Source: a virus (taxonomy: Duplodnaviria; Caudoviricetes). Taken from it: DNA of 64,000 nucleotides. Made by a program: the position numbers and the translations under genes. The notes under the pieces were generated by a model. That model was not told the origin of the DNA and ran no database searches. It saw nothing but the letters and a program-made list of their open reading frames with translations. The first letter of the stretch is position 1; each line of letters opens with the position of its first letter. Location: the IMG/VR virus record IMGVR_UViG_3300037041_001930; one strand, given 5' to 3'. Below are positions 48,592 through 58,214 of the stretch, in pieces.

Positions 48592-51500
48592 GGTTTCTTA
48601 CCTCCCGCCAAGCCCCAAGAACGCAGTTTTAGATCAGTATTGTTGGCTAAGCCAGTCAGGCTCCATCTGCTCGCCTTTGGTTTACCAATGCGGTTTCCAG
48701 TCAGATATGCCAGCAGGGCCTCAAACTGGTCATCGTTGATGCCTTTGAAATAGGGGTCCGAGGCCTCGACACGAGATTTCAAAAAACTGGGCATGAAGTC
48801 ATGTGCGAGTTCAAGGCTGTTAAAGAATCTGGCGTTATCAGGGGACTTCATCCACTGCTGCCATTTCCCCTCGTCTGCCGAAGCCTGCCGCATGACTTCC
48901 AAGCGCTCCTTGACCACCTTGGCACGATAATCATCCATCTTCTTGGGATCCGCCTTGATCTGTGCGAGAAGATCTGGATCCGTGGGTGGTGGGATCTCAC
49001 CACCTGCGTTGTTCAAGGACTGATATCTCTGGTATGCCCCATAAGCGCCACCACCTAGGACAAGTGCCCCCATGATGGCGCCGGCCTTACCACCCATGAG
49101 CATGAGCACGAGACCCACGGGGATCGCGGCGAGGTCGAGGTTGTACTTTTGCGCCCAGTCCATGCCCTCTTGGGCCTTCGCCTTGGCCTGATCCCATACC
49201 GAGGGGGCCTGAGGAGGCTTCGTGGCATCGGGGCTGGTGGGTGTGGCCTGCGTCGTCGCTGAGACAGTCGTGCTGGTAGCCGTGGTCTGCGGTGCCTGTG
49301 TCGACTTCCGCTTGGCAGCCTGTGATTTCGCCACCGCATCTGACTTTTCCTGCTGGGTCAACGCAGGGGTCCCCGTGTTGCCACCAGTCCCAGGAGGGGG
49401 CTGGGGAGCCGACGGGGGTGTCTTGATCGAGTTTGTGTACGTCTTCCCCATGTCGCCGGCGTCAGGAGTTGCCGGAGGGGGCTGTGACGTGGGCTGTTTC
49501 TGCATCCCCATCATATTCTTCGCCCAGTCTATGGCGCCCTCAGCCAGAGGCCTCATCGGCTTCACGACGTTTTCGAGAGGGGTCCCACCATCAGCGGATT
49601 CCGCGGCGAGCTTGCACCCACGCCCCCACACCTTTGCGAAAGCCTTCTTTGGGTTGCCAATTACAGGCGGAGTATTCGAGACAACAGGTTTCACGGGTTG
49701 GATCTCCGTAGGCTTGACCTTAGCGGGTTCTTGGGGTAGGGGAACCACTGGGGCTTTCGGTGCCTCGACTTTAGTAAGATTTTTCCGGTAAGCCTCGTAA
49801 TCCTTTATGGCCTGTGCTCGGTTTCCACCTGCTCTCTTGTCCCAGTACGCCGAACTCCAGCTCTGCTCAGCGGGATCCCCTGGTGGCGTCTGTGGTGTCG
49901 AGTGACCCCTGAAGCCGCCTGGGAACATGTCACGGTACACCTTGGGGTTCTCGTGCATGTGAGTGATGACATCCTCCCGGGTCACCGGGCGTGCATTAGC
50001 ACCCTCACCAATGCTCTGAGTGGGTTTTCCATCAGCACCCATGATGTATTCAGGTGCGGGTTGAAAGGGGTCAGGGGCTTCGCCTGCTTTGGCCTGGTGC
50101 TGCCGCCAGTACGCATCCATGTTCTTGAATGTCTCCGGGGACTTCGCAGCCCAGAACTCGGGGTGCGCGGTCTGATACCTGGATACCCCGGTGAGGTAGA
50201 GGCCTGGGTTGGTAAGCGGGGAGTCGACTTGGTACCCACGACGGATGGCCTCGGGGCTCACCTGCATGATGCGGCCAGTGGTCTTATTGAAAGTCCACGC
50301 CGGCGCATTGTCGCCCTGGGGATCCCACTTCGAGGAGTCAAACCCATAGGCTTGTTCCTTGAACCCCTTGGGGGCCTCCTGGCCCTCGGCGAGGTCATGT
50401 GAGTTACCCTTGGCATCGACGTAGTACCTGCCCTGCACAGCCGGGGGTTCTACTTTATCAAAGCCATACTTCTCTCCAAGTTCCTGTAACAGTTTATTGG
50501 TTGCCTCTGGGTTTACGAAAGTGTTATCTTTGAATCTCTCAAATCCAGCAGCGCCTCCCAGGGTATGGCCGCCTTGAGACCGGACATCCTGGTTCAGGGC
50601 GTGCAGGGAAGCATTGGCACGTGTAAATGGCGCCAGGACTGCCTTGGCCGTGGTCTCCGGGAGTCTGGACAACTTGGCCTGGAAAATGGACTCAGCGTTG
50701 GGATCCTTGGGGTCGATGTCCAGGCGCTGATACGCCGCGGCTTTCGCGGCCTCCCTGCGGTCCTCGAGTACGATGCGTTGGTTCTTCAGGGAGTCACCCC
50801 CCATGGAATCAAACCCGTATCTGGAGTTCATGGGGTTACCGGGTCCCCCGAATGTCTTCCCGCCCCATGAATACTTGTCACTGGTGCGATCGCTGCCCCG
50901 GTACTCGACGAGGAGATCCCCGAGTCCGTTCTTCTTGAGATCATCTACGATCTCTTGTTTTCTCAGCGCACCTCGCTGGAGCATCTTGGGCTTCATGACA
51001 TCCGTGTAATCCGTGGTCTTCACCCTGGCCTTGGCCATGATCTGCTCAGGTGTGAGCCCCGTGGAATCCGTGATCAGCTTCGTGGTCTCCGGGGCCCCCA
51101 GTGCCTGGATGTCCTGGGGGTCCATTAGGGTGTCCAGGATACCCTGGACCCCGCGGTGGATGGCATGTGGGGAGTTCCGGGAGATATCGAACCGAGGCTT
51201 CTCGCCAAACCCTGCCCCAGTGGAGAAATCGTTAATCTGCTGTGTCGCCGGCGCAATCGCCGTGGAGGCCTGCGATAGCACTGAGGCGAGTTCGTCGTGG
51301 GTCTTCACGGACTCCAGGTTATTGACGATGCCATCAGTCTTGGACTGCCAGTGGGCCTGAGCACGTTGCGCCAACTGGTCCTTGTACGCCGCGGGGAGGT
51401 GCATGTATAACGGACTGGTGTCCAGGGCATCCCGCACCGTTGTCCTCACGCGATCATGAGTCGCCGCAACTGAGGTCCTCGCGATGTCCCTGAGATCACG

Positions 51501-54293
51501 ATCCCCGAGGACATTGAAGAGCCCCCTGAGCTGCCCCGCAGATTTATTCTGTTGTTCCCATGTCGAGGCATCGAGTCCAGGGGGTGCATTACCCCTGGGC
51601 TTCGAGGCCCCCGTGATCCTGGAGATCAAGGAGTCGTAGGGATTCCCGGCGCCTTTACCCAGGGTGTCGATGTCGATGACACCTGTGTTAAACGGCTCGG
51701 CTTCCTGCTTCATGATGTTGAATGCACGGTCCCCAATCGTGCTCGCCAACATCAATCTGAGATCTGGGGGGAGCCCAGCGAACAATGGGCTGTCTTTAAC
51801 AGTCCCATTCGCGAACTCAATGGCCCCCTGCATCAACTTGGCATCCACCAGCATCTTGGCGCCGCGTTTGTACCCGGCACCTAGCATGTTTAACTTGGAT
51901 TCATCACCAAGATTGTTGATATAGTTCTGTTTTCCCTGTCTTACATTAAAGGCTTGGAGAGGGGACAATGCAGTACCCCAGAAACCCATACCATGGCCAC
52001 CGTTTGCGAATGTGTTCTGGGCAACCTGAGCAATCTTCTCGTCTTCGTACCCCGTGGTATCCGTGAGCAGCCCATACGCCCATCTCCCGATATCCAGTGT
52101 GGACGAGACACCCTCCATGATTACGGCGCCAGCTGCAGTGTTCGCACTCAGAGCACGGATTCCCTTGAGGACAGAAGCTAGTCTAACAGCGGAGGATGCC
52201 CCAGCGGCGGCCCCACTACTCGGAGATCCCGTGAGGACTCTAGCAGTGGATTTCATGCGATCGAGAGCACCAGTGTAAGCCTTCCCTGCAGTAGCCGCGG
52301 GGTTCAGCACTGCGCCTGCAACGGACTTCGTGGCATCAATGGGGTGCCTGACGGTTTGATAAACCTTGTTCAGGATTCCCGTGGGGCTGGCCCCTGGGGG
52401 CGCACTGGCCTTCACGGCATCCTGGGTGGCCTTGTCGAGTCCACGCCACCAGAGCTGCTGGGCACCGAAATGTGCGGACATGTCCAGGGTCTGCTGGCCA
52501 ATGTTGAGAGCTGAACTCTTGATCCATTCAGATGTCGGGACATCTACGTTCGTGGGGTTGTTCCACCTGTTATAGATTGCCCCGCCAACGCCGGCTAGGG
52601 TGCCCCATAAAGGCATACCAATAAGGCTACCATTCCTGGACATCAGCGCTGACGCCATTATCCCAGCGTTCTGAGTCACGTTTCCGAAATTATCACGATC
52701 ACGAAGTTCTCGATAGAGATCAGACCCGGGTGGAATCTTTTTGTCCAGGATGGAGTTCACCCTGGCCTGGGCTTCCTGCACAGGTAACCCACGAACCTCG
52801 TGGAGTGCATCCTGCATCGCATTGAAGTGGTTGTGATAATTGATGACATTGGGGTCCCCCCCAACAATCCTAGCCCCCTTCTTATCGATCCGGTTTATGT
52901 TGAGATCAGTCGGCATGAATGGGGCTGCTACAGGAGTGCATGCCCCGAGTCTCGGCAAGAATAGTTCAACTGGTACGTCGAGAAAGTTGGAAAGCGAACT
53001 AGCGACTTCAGCGACGGGGCGTGTCCCCGAACTCACCATGTTATGGTGATCTTTGATTGCGCGTAAGGTGTGGTCAACTTGGAGTTGAGCCCGGATCCCA
53101 GACTCAGATTTTACCCTCTCATAAACTCGAGTCGCGGCTGCAACAGCATTATCCAGGAACTCTGGGTTCTTCTCACTCCACTGCTGGATCTCAGCCGGAG
53201 TCTCCGGGATCCCCATCTTGAGGAACTCAGTGGCCATGGTATGCGCGGGGTTCAGGGGATCCCCAGCCGCAGCCTTCATCCCAGTGGTGACATCGGCGAT
53301 GTAGCCAGCACGCAGCTTGGCCCCGAGATTCCGAGATTCCGGGTGATCTGGGTTATCTACGAACGCAGACAACATACCCTCGGGGTTCAGCCCCTTATTC
53401 GCGGTGTCCACGCGGTACGCCTTCAAGGCGTCGGCAAGATTTGATGGTTTCCCTGTCCTCTCGGATTCAATGATCGCTGCCTGCGCTGACTTCAGGAGCA
53501 TGTAATCATCGGTGTTGGGTTCACCATTCTCTAGGTGTAATAAAACTGGAAGTCCAGTTTTCCTATGAGTGTGGTAGTCCACTGCGGTATCAATGATGTC
53601 TCTGGCAGTCTTGTCCGCAGAAGCACGGTTCCAGATGTCACCAGTGGCACCAGTATCGGCTTTCCAGAATCTAATGATTTTATCAGTGGGTGCCCCAGAC
53701 GCCTTTCCGACTTCCCAGGCCTGGGCAGCAAAGTATCTCTTGGCCATCCAGGCCTTCGCGGCCTCGTCAGGATTCGGCCCATCCAGTTTCGGAGGCGGTG
53801 CCCATCTGGAATCAAACTTGAACTCGCCATCCTTGGCCTGGGCATCACTGGCCAACATGTCGACGTATTGGTCGCGAACCCCAGGTGACAGTGTCTTTGG
53901 TATCGCGGCGAGATCAGGGGTCATCGTGGCGGCACCATCGTTGACCTGCTTGGTGAGCTCCTTCGAGGGAGTCTTGCCGCCTGCGATGGTATCGACGAGA
54001 TCACTGACCCCTGGGATCCTCATGGCTCCAATAGAAGTCAGGGCCGCTCGAGCCTTATCTGGGTAATTCTTGATCCAGATGTAACCCGCGGCGCCAAGAC
54101 CACCGATGGCAGCCAACCAGATCCATGTATCGGACTTTTCTTCATCCTCGTCGTCATCCGGGGTCCGGGAGTTCGCGGCGAGTTTACGTGTCTTACCATG
54201 CCCAAAGAAATTGGGCGTGTTATTGCGGAGTTCATCAATAGGAAAATGAGCGCGTCGATTCTTGACGCGCTTGATCTCCGACTTTGGTTTCAT
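48588..54293 (-). CDS. 1901-aa protein, probable internal-head/ejection protein (tape-measure-like alternative)
   Basis: Follows the portal with an ATGA overlap. KLAA near the N-terminus followed by an acidic run and TM-like WIWLAAIGGLGAAGYIWI; a second KLAA before a Pro/Thr-rich linker and a C-terminal hydrophobic hairpin. Confidence 0.7.
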   Translation of the reverse strand: MKPKSEIKRVKNRRAHFPIDELRNNTPNFFGHGKTRKLAANSRTPDDDEDEEKSDTWIWLAAIGGLGAAGYIWIKNYPDKARAALTSIGAMRIPGVSDLVDTIAGGKTPSKELTKQVNDGAATMTPDLAAIPKTLSPGVRDQYVDMLASDAQAKDGEFKFDSRWAPPPKLDGPNPDEAAKAWMAKRYFAAQAWEVGKASGAPTDKIIRFWKADTGATGDIWNRASADKTARDIIDTAVDYHTHRKTGLPVLLHLENGEPNTDDYMLLKSAQAAIIESERTGKPSNLADALKAYRVDTANKGLNPEGMLSAFVDNPDHPESRNLGAKLRAGYIADVTTGMKAAAGDPLNPAHTMATEFLKMGIPETPAEIQQWSEKNPEFLDNAVAAATRVYERVKSESGIRAQLQVDHTLRAIKDHHNMVSSGTRPVAEVASSLSNFLDVPVELFLPRLGACTPVAAPFMPTDLNINRIDKKGARIVGGDPNVINYHNHFNAMQDALHEVRGLPVQEAQARVNSILDKKIPPGSDLYRELRDRDNFGNVTQNAGIMASALMSRNGSLIGMPLWGTLAGVGGAIYNRWNNPTNVDVPTSEWIKSSALNIGQQTLDMSAHFGAQQLWWRGLDKATQDAVKASAPPGASPTGILNKVYQTVRHPIDATKSVAGAVLNPAATAGKAYTGALDRMKSTARVLTGSPSSGAAAGASSAVRLASVLKGIRALSANTAAGAVIMEGVSSTLDIGRWAYGLLTDTTGYEDEKIAQVAQNTFANGGHGMGFWGTALSPLQAFNVRQGKQNYINNLGDESKLNMLGAGYKRGAKMLVDAKLMQGAIEFANGTVKDSPLFAGLPPDLRLMLASTIGDRAFNIMKQEAEPFNTGVIDIDTLGKGAGNPYDSLISRITGASKPRGNAPPGLDASTWEQQNKSAGQLRGLFNVLGDRDLRDIARTSVAATHDRVRTTVRDALDTSPLYMHLPAAYKDQLAQRAQAHWQSKTDGIVNNLESVKTHDELASVLSQASTAIAPATQQINDFSTGAGFGEKPRFDISRNSPHAIHRGVQGILDTLMDPQDIQALGAPETTKLITDSTGLTPEQIMAKARVKTTDYTDVMKPKMLQRGALRKQEIVDDLKKNGLGDLLVEYRGSDRTSDKYSWGGKTFGGPGNPMNSRYGFDSMGGDSLKNQRIVLEDRREAAKAAAYQRLDIDPKDPNAESIFQAKLSRLPETTAKAVLAPFTRANASLHALNQDVRSQGGHTLGGAAGFERFKDNTFVNPEATNKLLQELGEKYGFDKVEPPAVQGRYYVDAKGNSHDLAEGQEAPKGFKEQAYGFDSSKWDPQGDNAPAWTFNKTTGRIMQVSPEAIRRGYQVDSPLTNPGLYLTGVSRYQTAHPEFWAAKSPETFKNMDAYWRQHQAKAGEAPDPFQPAPEYIMGADGKPTQSIGEGANARPVTREDVITHMHENPKVYRDMFPGGFRGHSTPQTPPGDPAEQSWSSAYWDKRAGGNRAQAIKDYEAYRKNLTKVEAPKAPVVPLPQEPAKVKPTEIQPVKPVVSNTPPVIGNPKKAFAKVWGRGCKLAAESADGGTPLENVVKPMRPLAEGAIDWAKNMMGMQKQPTSQPPPATPDAGDMGKTYTNSIKTPPSAPQPPPGTGGNTGTPALTQQEKSDAVAKSQAAKRKSTQAPQTTATSTTVSATTQATPTSPDATKPPQAPSVWDQAKAKAQEGMDWAQKYNLDLAAIPVGLVLMLMGGKAGAIMGALVLGGGAYGAYQRYQSLNNAGGEIPPPTDPDLLAQIKADPKKMDDYRAKVVKERLEVMRQASADEGKWQQWMKSPDNARFFNSLELAHDFMPSFLKSRVEASDPYFKGINDDQFEALLAYLTGNRIGKPKASRWSLTGLANNTDLKLRSWGLAGGKKP

Positions 54294-56161
54294 TGGGGAG
54301 CTCCGCCACCAGGGGCCTGACCTCCCTGCCCACCCTGGAGAAGCATTTGCTGGCCCTGTGACGAGGCCTGCTGACGTATTTCATCCAGCTTGGCCTTGAC
54401 GAGGCCATGGAGATCTTTGTTGCCTTCGCGAAGCGCCTTGAGCTGCTGCTTGCGGTCGTACTCGGGCATCCCGGCTAATTGACCCGCGATCTGCTCGGCC
54501 TGGGAAGCCATGCCGCCCAGGGTACTCGCATTTGCGCCGCCACCTGCGGGGAGTCCCCCCATAGGAGATCCACCCATGGGCATACCAGGAGGTGGAGGTG
54601 CACCGGCACCGCCTTGCTGCTGGGCCTGCTGTTGCTGCAGCATCGCCGAGGGGCTCTGGGCTCCGGCGAGGGCACTGACAGCTCCCATCTCCTGATCCTT
54701 GACCGCCTTGTCGTCCTGCTCCTTCTGGAGCTCCTGGATAAACTCTTGATGCTTGAAGACTTTCCTGGCCTCGTCGCCGGCGAGGACACCCAGGGGTTCC
54801 AGCGCGGTCTGAGGACTGATCTGATTCGCAGCCATGAGCTGCATGAGAATGTTCTTGCGTTCCTGGTCGTCAGCAATGGTACTCCGCTGAATCCGGACAT
54901 CGGTTTCCTCGAGACCAAAGTTGCGTGCGGCAACTTTAACGATCCATTGCAGGATCGAGGTGTACATCGCGGGCACCGCAGACCACGCGGACTCAAACAG
55001 ACGCAGGGCCATCGGAGCCGCCTGTGCTGTCAGTGTCATCTGGTGGTACTCAAGTGGGACATTGCACTGGTTCAAGGATTCCTGCTGACGGAACTTCAAC
55101 TTGTCCGCGGGGAGGAGATCCTTGCCCTCACCACCCAGGAACTGGTAGTTCACGGGGTACGGTGCGGTGTGGTAAGACATGGGTTCAGCGCGATGTGCAT
55201 TGATGATACGATTCATACCACCAACGAAGTTGTCCATGCCATGCTGGATCATGGGGTCGTTCTGATTCGCCATTGCTGGAGAAATCAAACGGAGGCCCAG
55301 GGTGTAGTCCGATGCAATGGCTTGGTCGGCACGGTTCAGGATCTGCTGCAACCAGAATGTCCGGAAGTTGGAGATCGAGGCGGGGACACCCCAGCCACGA
55401 GTCCGCATCCCCGAGATCACGGGTTCATCGACGTGGTAAATCATGTCCTCGTCGAAGAGGAGACGACCATTAACCGCGACGGCCTCGAGGACCTCGATGG
55501 GAGTGTCATCAATGAAGATGCGGGCCTTCGACATGATGTCTTGACGGAAGTCGTTGGGGATCCTCCACCAAATGTTCTTGCGCTGGGACCAGAAGTTCTG
55601 GGCGAGCTCGATCTCGAAGGGGGAGTACCGGAGGACACGGATCCGGGAGATATCGGGATCCTTGCGATCCCGGAGCACGAAGTCCTGGGTATTCCCACAG
55701 GAAGGGCATGGCTTCTTGCGGAGCCAGCGGACCCCTCGCTGAGAAGTCAGATCAATGGTGTAATCGACATGCTTGATGGGCTGCTCGAAGTAGCAGTGTG
55801 GGCATGACAGGTTACGCTTGAATGGTAAGTATATGGACAGGAAGCAGTTACCATAACATAGGAAATCGGATCCTGCCGCCTTTAGCTCGCGGCTATAGTT
55901 GAGATGCTTCTGGAAGAGATCCTTGAACTCGGACTCCTCATTCTCGGAGAGTGCCGGGAATTGAACATTGGTAATGAAATGTGCGATGACACGCCCGAAA
56001 GCAGAACGATAGTTGCCATCGGTGAGCCAGAGGTACTGGGCCCACCACATGATGAGCTCATGGTTAGTGGGCATCACCGTGGAGGCATAGTCGAGCCAGG
56101 GGACATGGAGTTGACGTACGGCCTGGCCGCGATCCCCACCATTGACATTGAGATTCGCCAT
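54290..56161 (-). CDS. Portal protein with Zn-finger insert and Q/G/P-rich C-terminal tail
   Basis: GSDFLCYGNCFLS, IRVLRYSPFEIE, IYHVDEP..GWGVP, QILNRADQAIA, NVPLEY and coiled-coil segments follow the generic portal layout; CPHC...CPSC insert; first gene of the head module. Confidence 0.75.
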   Translation of the reverse strand: MANLNVNGGDRGQAVRQLHVPWLDYASTVMPTNHELIMWWAQYLWLTDGNYRSAFGRVIAHFITNVQFPALSENEESEFKDLFQKHLNYSRELKAAGSDFLCYGNCFLSIYLPFKRNLSCPHCYFEQPIKHVDYTIDLTSQRGVRWLRKKPCPSCGNTQDFVLRDRKDPDISRIRVLRYSPFEIELAQNFWSQRKNIWWRIPNDFRQDIMSKARIFIDDTPIEVLEAVAVNGRLLFDEDMIYHVDEPVISGMRTRGWGVPASISNFRTFWLQQILNRADQAIASDYTLGLRLISPAMANQNDPMIQHGMDNFVGGMNRIINAHRAEPMSYHTAPYPVNYQFLGGEGKDLLPADKLKFRQQESLNQCNVPLEYHQMTLTAQAAPMALRLFESAWSAVPAMYTSILQWIVKVAARNFGLEETDVRIQRSTIADDQERKNILMQLMAANQISPQTALEPLGVLAGDEARKVFKHQEFIQELQKEQDDKAVKDQEMGAVSALAGAQSPSAMLQQQQAQQQGGAGAPPPPGMPMGGSPMGGLPAGGGANASTLGGMASQAEQIAGQLAGMPEYDRKQQLKALREGNKDLHGLVKAKLDEIRQQASSQGQQMLLQGGQGGQAPGGGAPQ

Positions 56162-56173
56162 GGGGTCAGCGCC

Positions 56174-56371
56174 TTATCGGGGGCTCGGGTGGTAGTCGCG
56201 TAACAGAGTGGCCTGAGCACATGAGCGCTGGATGTCTTCGGCGGCGACTTCATCACTTATCCCGACAACAGCGAAAACACGGGAGTTCATACGAATCGCG
56301 GTTTCGGCCCCGGCGTCTTCAGCGATCGCGGCGAGCACGGGTTCCGTCGAGGCATTAGCGCAGTGTGGCAT
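56174..56371 (-). CDS. Small hypothetical protein
   Basis: 65 aa from ATG 56371; fills the gap before the portal; weak RBS. Confidence 0.45.
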   Translation of the reverse strand: MPHCANASTEPVLAAIAEDAGAETAIRMNSRVFAVVGISDEVAAEDIQRSCAQATLLRDYHPSPR

Positions 56372-56434
56372 AGGAGTTCCCAATCTAGGTAGCAGCGGTG
56401 TCCCAGCGTACCCCGGGGGGCAAATCGGACAAGG

Positions 56435-57316
56435 CTACTGGGCGACGGGAACAATCACGAAGACGAAATACAGCTTGTTGTCCTTCTCAGCTGACCACCC
56501 CCCATAGATGCACTGATACGAGTTCGCATCGATCTGGAGTTGTAGAGGTGCCTTGGCACCCGCGGGGTTGGGTTCGTAGATGGTCTCGGCGTCGGCATCA
56601 TAGATCAGGATGATGATGCTGGGACTCAGGATGATGTCGTCGACCTGGGAGCGCACCTTGCTGCCATCTGCGGGCATGAAGACGACACGGCGGCGTGGGG
56701 GCTTCGGAGGCGGCACGTGAACCGCTGGGGTCACCGGGGCTCCACGGGGCACCCGCTCCGCCATCACAGGGGTCTCCTCGGCAATCTTGACCGTAGGGGT
56801 CACTGCGCGGACTTCACCTGCGTCTCCAACAGTTACCGACTTTGTGGCATTGATGCGACTGCCCCCTGCTGCGGTGCCATCTGAAGCGAACACCTTGGGC
56901 TTGAAACCCTCGGGGTCACTGGGTATCCCAAACTTGTCGACATCGGCATTAGACTGAATCAGGATCGGGCGTTCGGAGAGCCCGAGATCACGGGAGCTCA
57001 TCACGGCACCCTTGCCACGTTTCGCGGGGCCATCACCACGTTGGACCTCGACTGCCCTTGGCTTCATGACCACGGTGGCACCATCGGGGAGACCATCCTG
57101 GTTCGCGGCGAGGAGGACTTCCTGTGCGGTTCCCTGAGGATTCGGGGACTGCAGGGTCACGATGCCATCGGCATCTGCACTCTCGGCCACCGATGGCGTC
57201 GAGGCCTGGCGGCGATCAATGTGCTGGTCGAGATGGTACTCGACACGCTCCAGGGGTTCACGTGTTTTGGGAGTAGGGCTCAGCGAGTCCACGGCTGCGT
57301 CGAATTCACCTGGCAT
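56435..57316 (-). CDS. Hypothetical protein (disordered N-terminus, beta-rich C-terminal domain)
   Basis: Start re-assigned to ATG 57316 with AAGGA RBS. Confidence 0.7.
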   Translation of the reverse strand: MPGEFDAAVDSLSPTPKTREPLERVEYHLDQHIDRRQASTPSVAESADADGIVTLQSPNPQGTAQEVLLAANQDGLPDGATVVMKPRAVEVQRGDGPAKRGKGAVMSSRDLGLSERPILIQSNADVDKFGIPSDPEGFKPKVFASDGTAAGGSRINATKSVTVGDAGEVRAVTPTVKIAEETPVMAERVPRGAPVTPAVHVPPPKPPRRRVVFMPADGSKVRSQVDDIILSPSIIILIYDADAETIYEPNPAGAKAPLQLQIDANSYQCIYGGWSAEKDNKLYFVFVIVPVAQ

Positions 57317-57350
57317 CTTGTATTCCTTGTACGACAAGGCTAGATGGGGT

Positions 57351-58214
57351 TCACTGAGCGTCAAGCCCTGCTATGTAGCCGTCGAGGTCGCTGCCATTGA
57401 TCTCGGTGAGTAAAACACGCTCCCAGAGCACACGGACTCCATTGAGATTCCGCTTGGCTTCTGGGGTGTCACCCTCGAGGTCGGCATAGGGAACGAAGGC
57501 ATCAAGGGTGCCCGGATCAGTCTCCTGTGTCGAGACTATCCAGTTGTGGTTCCCTGCCGTATTGGTGTCGAAAGGATGCAACAGTGTGAAGTCCGCGAAG
57601 AGGAGGCTGCGAGGTGCCACCCCAGCGGCGACGAGATCCTGGAGCATGGTCTTCATGGGGTCAATGTTGGGGCGACCAATGATATTGATCCAGATGTTCC
57701 GAGTAATCGCGGCACAGGCCTTGAAGAAGGCGACCTGATCCCCGGTGATCAGAGACTTGCCATCATAGGCGTCGTGGAGGATAAAATCGTAGGGGTAATT
57801 GTCACGCGGGCTCCCCGCGATGAGGGGGATCATGGCGAGGGCATCAGCGGTGAATACCCGAAGACGGCCGGACTCGATGGCAGCATTGACCTCAGGGAAT
57901 CCTTGCTTGCACAAATGGACTGCCACGGGGTCAATTTCGATGACATCGATGCGGACCCCAGGGAAGTTGGTGAGCACGGCGACGGCACCGGCACCACTGC
58001 CGAGACCAATCATGAGACCTCTCCCCCTTGGGTTCATCGCTGCGGCGGCAAGCCACCCCAGGGTGTACGGGGATGCCGAGACGACACCGGGGCCGCCGTG
58101 CTTAGACGGGGGATCCAGGAACGCGGCACCCTGGACCTGCCCATTGATTCGGAGCTGGCGTGCGCCATTGACGTCGATGACATCGACGACGCCGAACATA
58201 CCCGGGGCCATCAT
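57351..58214 (-). CDS. Spermidine-synthase-like / class I SAM-dependent transferase
   Basis: RQLRINGQVQG, GLMIGLGSGAG, IDVIEIDP, VFTADAL, YDFILHDAYDG. Confidence 0.8.
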   Translation of the reverse strand: MMAPGMFGVVDVIDVNGARQLRINGQVQGAAFLDPPSKHGGPGVVSASPYTLGWLAAAAMNPRGRGLMIGLGSGAGAVAVLTNFPGVRIDVIEIDPVAVHLCKQGFPEVNAAIESGRLRVFTADALAMIPLIAGSPRDNYPYDFILHDAYDGKSLITGDQVAFFKACAAITRNIWINIIGRPNIDPMKTMLQDLVAAGVAPRSLLFADFTLLHPFDTNTAGNHNWIVSTQETDPGTLDAFVPYADLEGDTPEAKRNLNGVRVLWERVLLTEINGSDLDGYIAGLDAQ

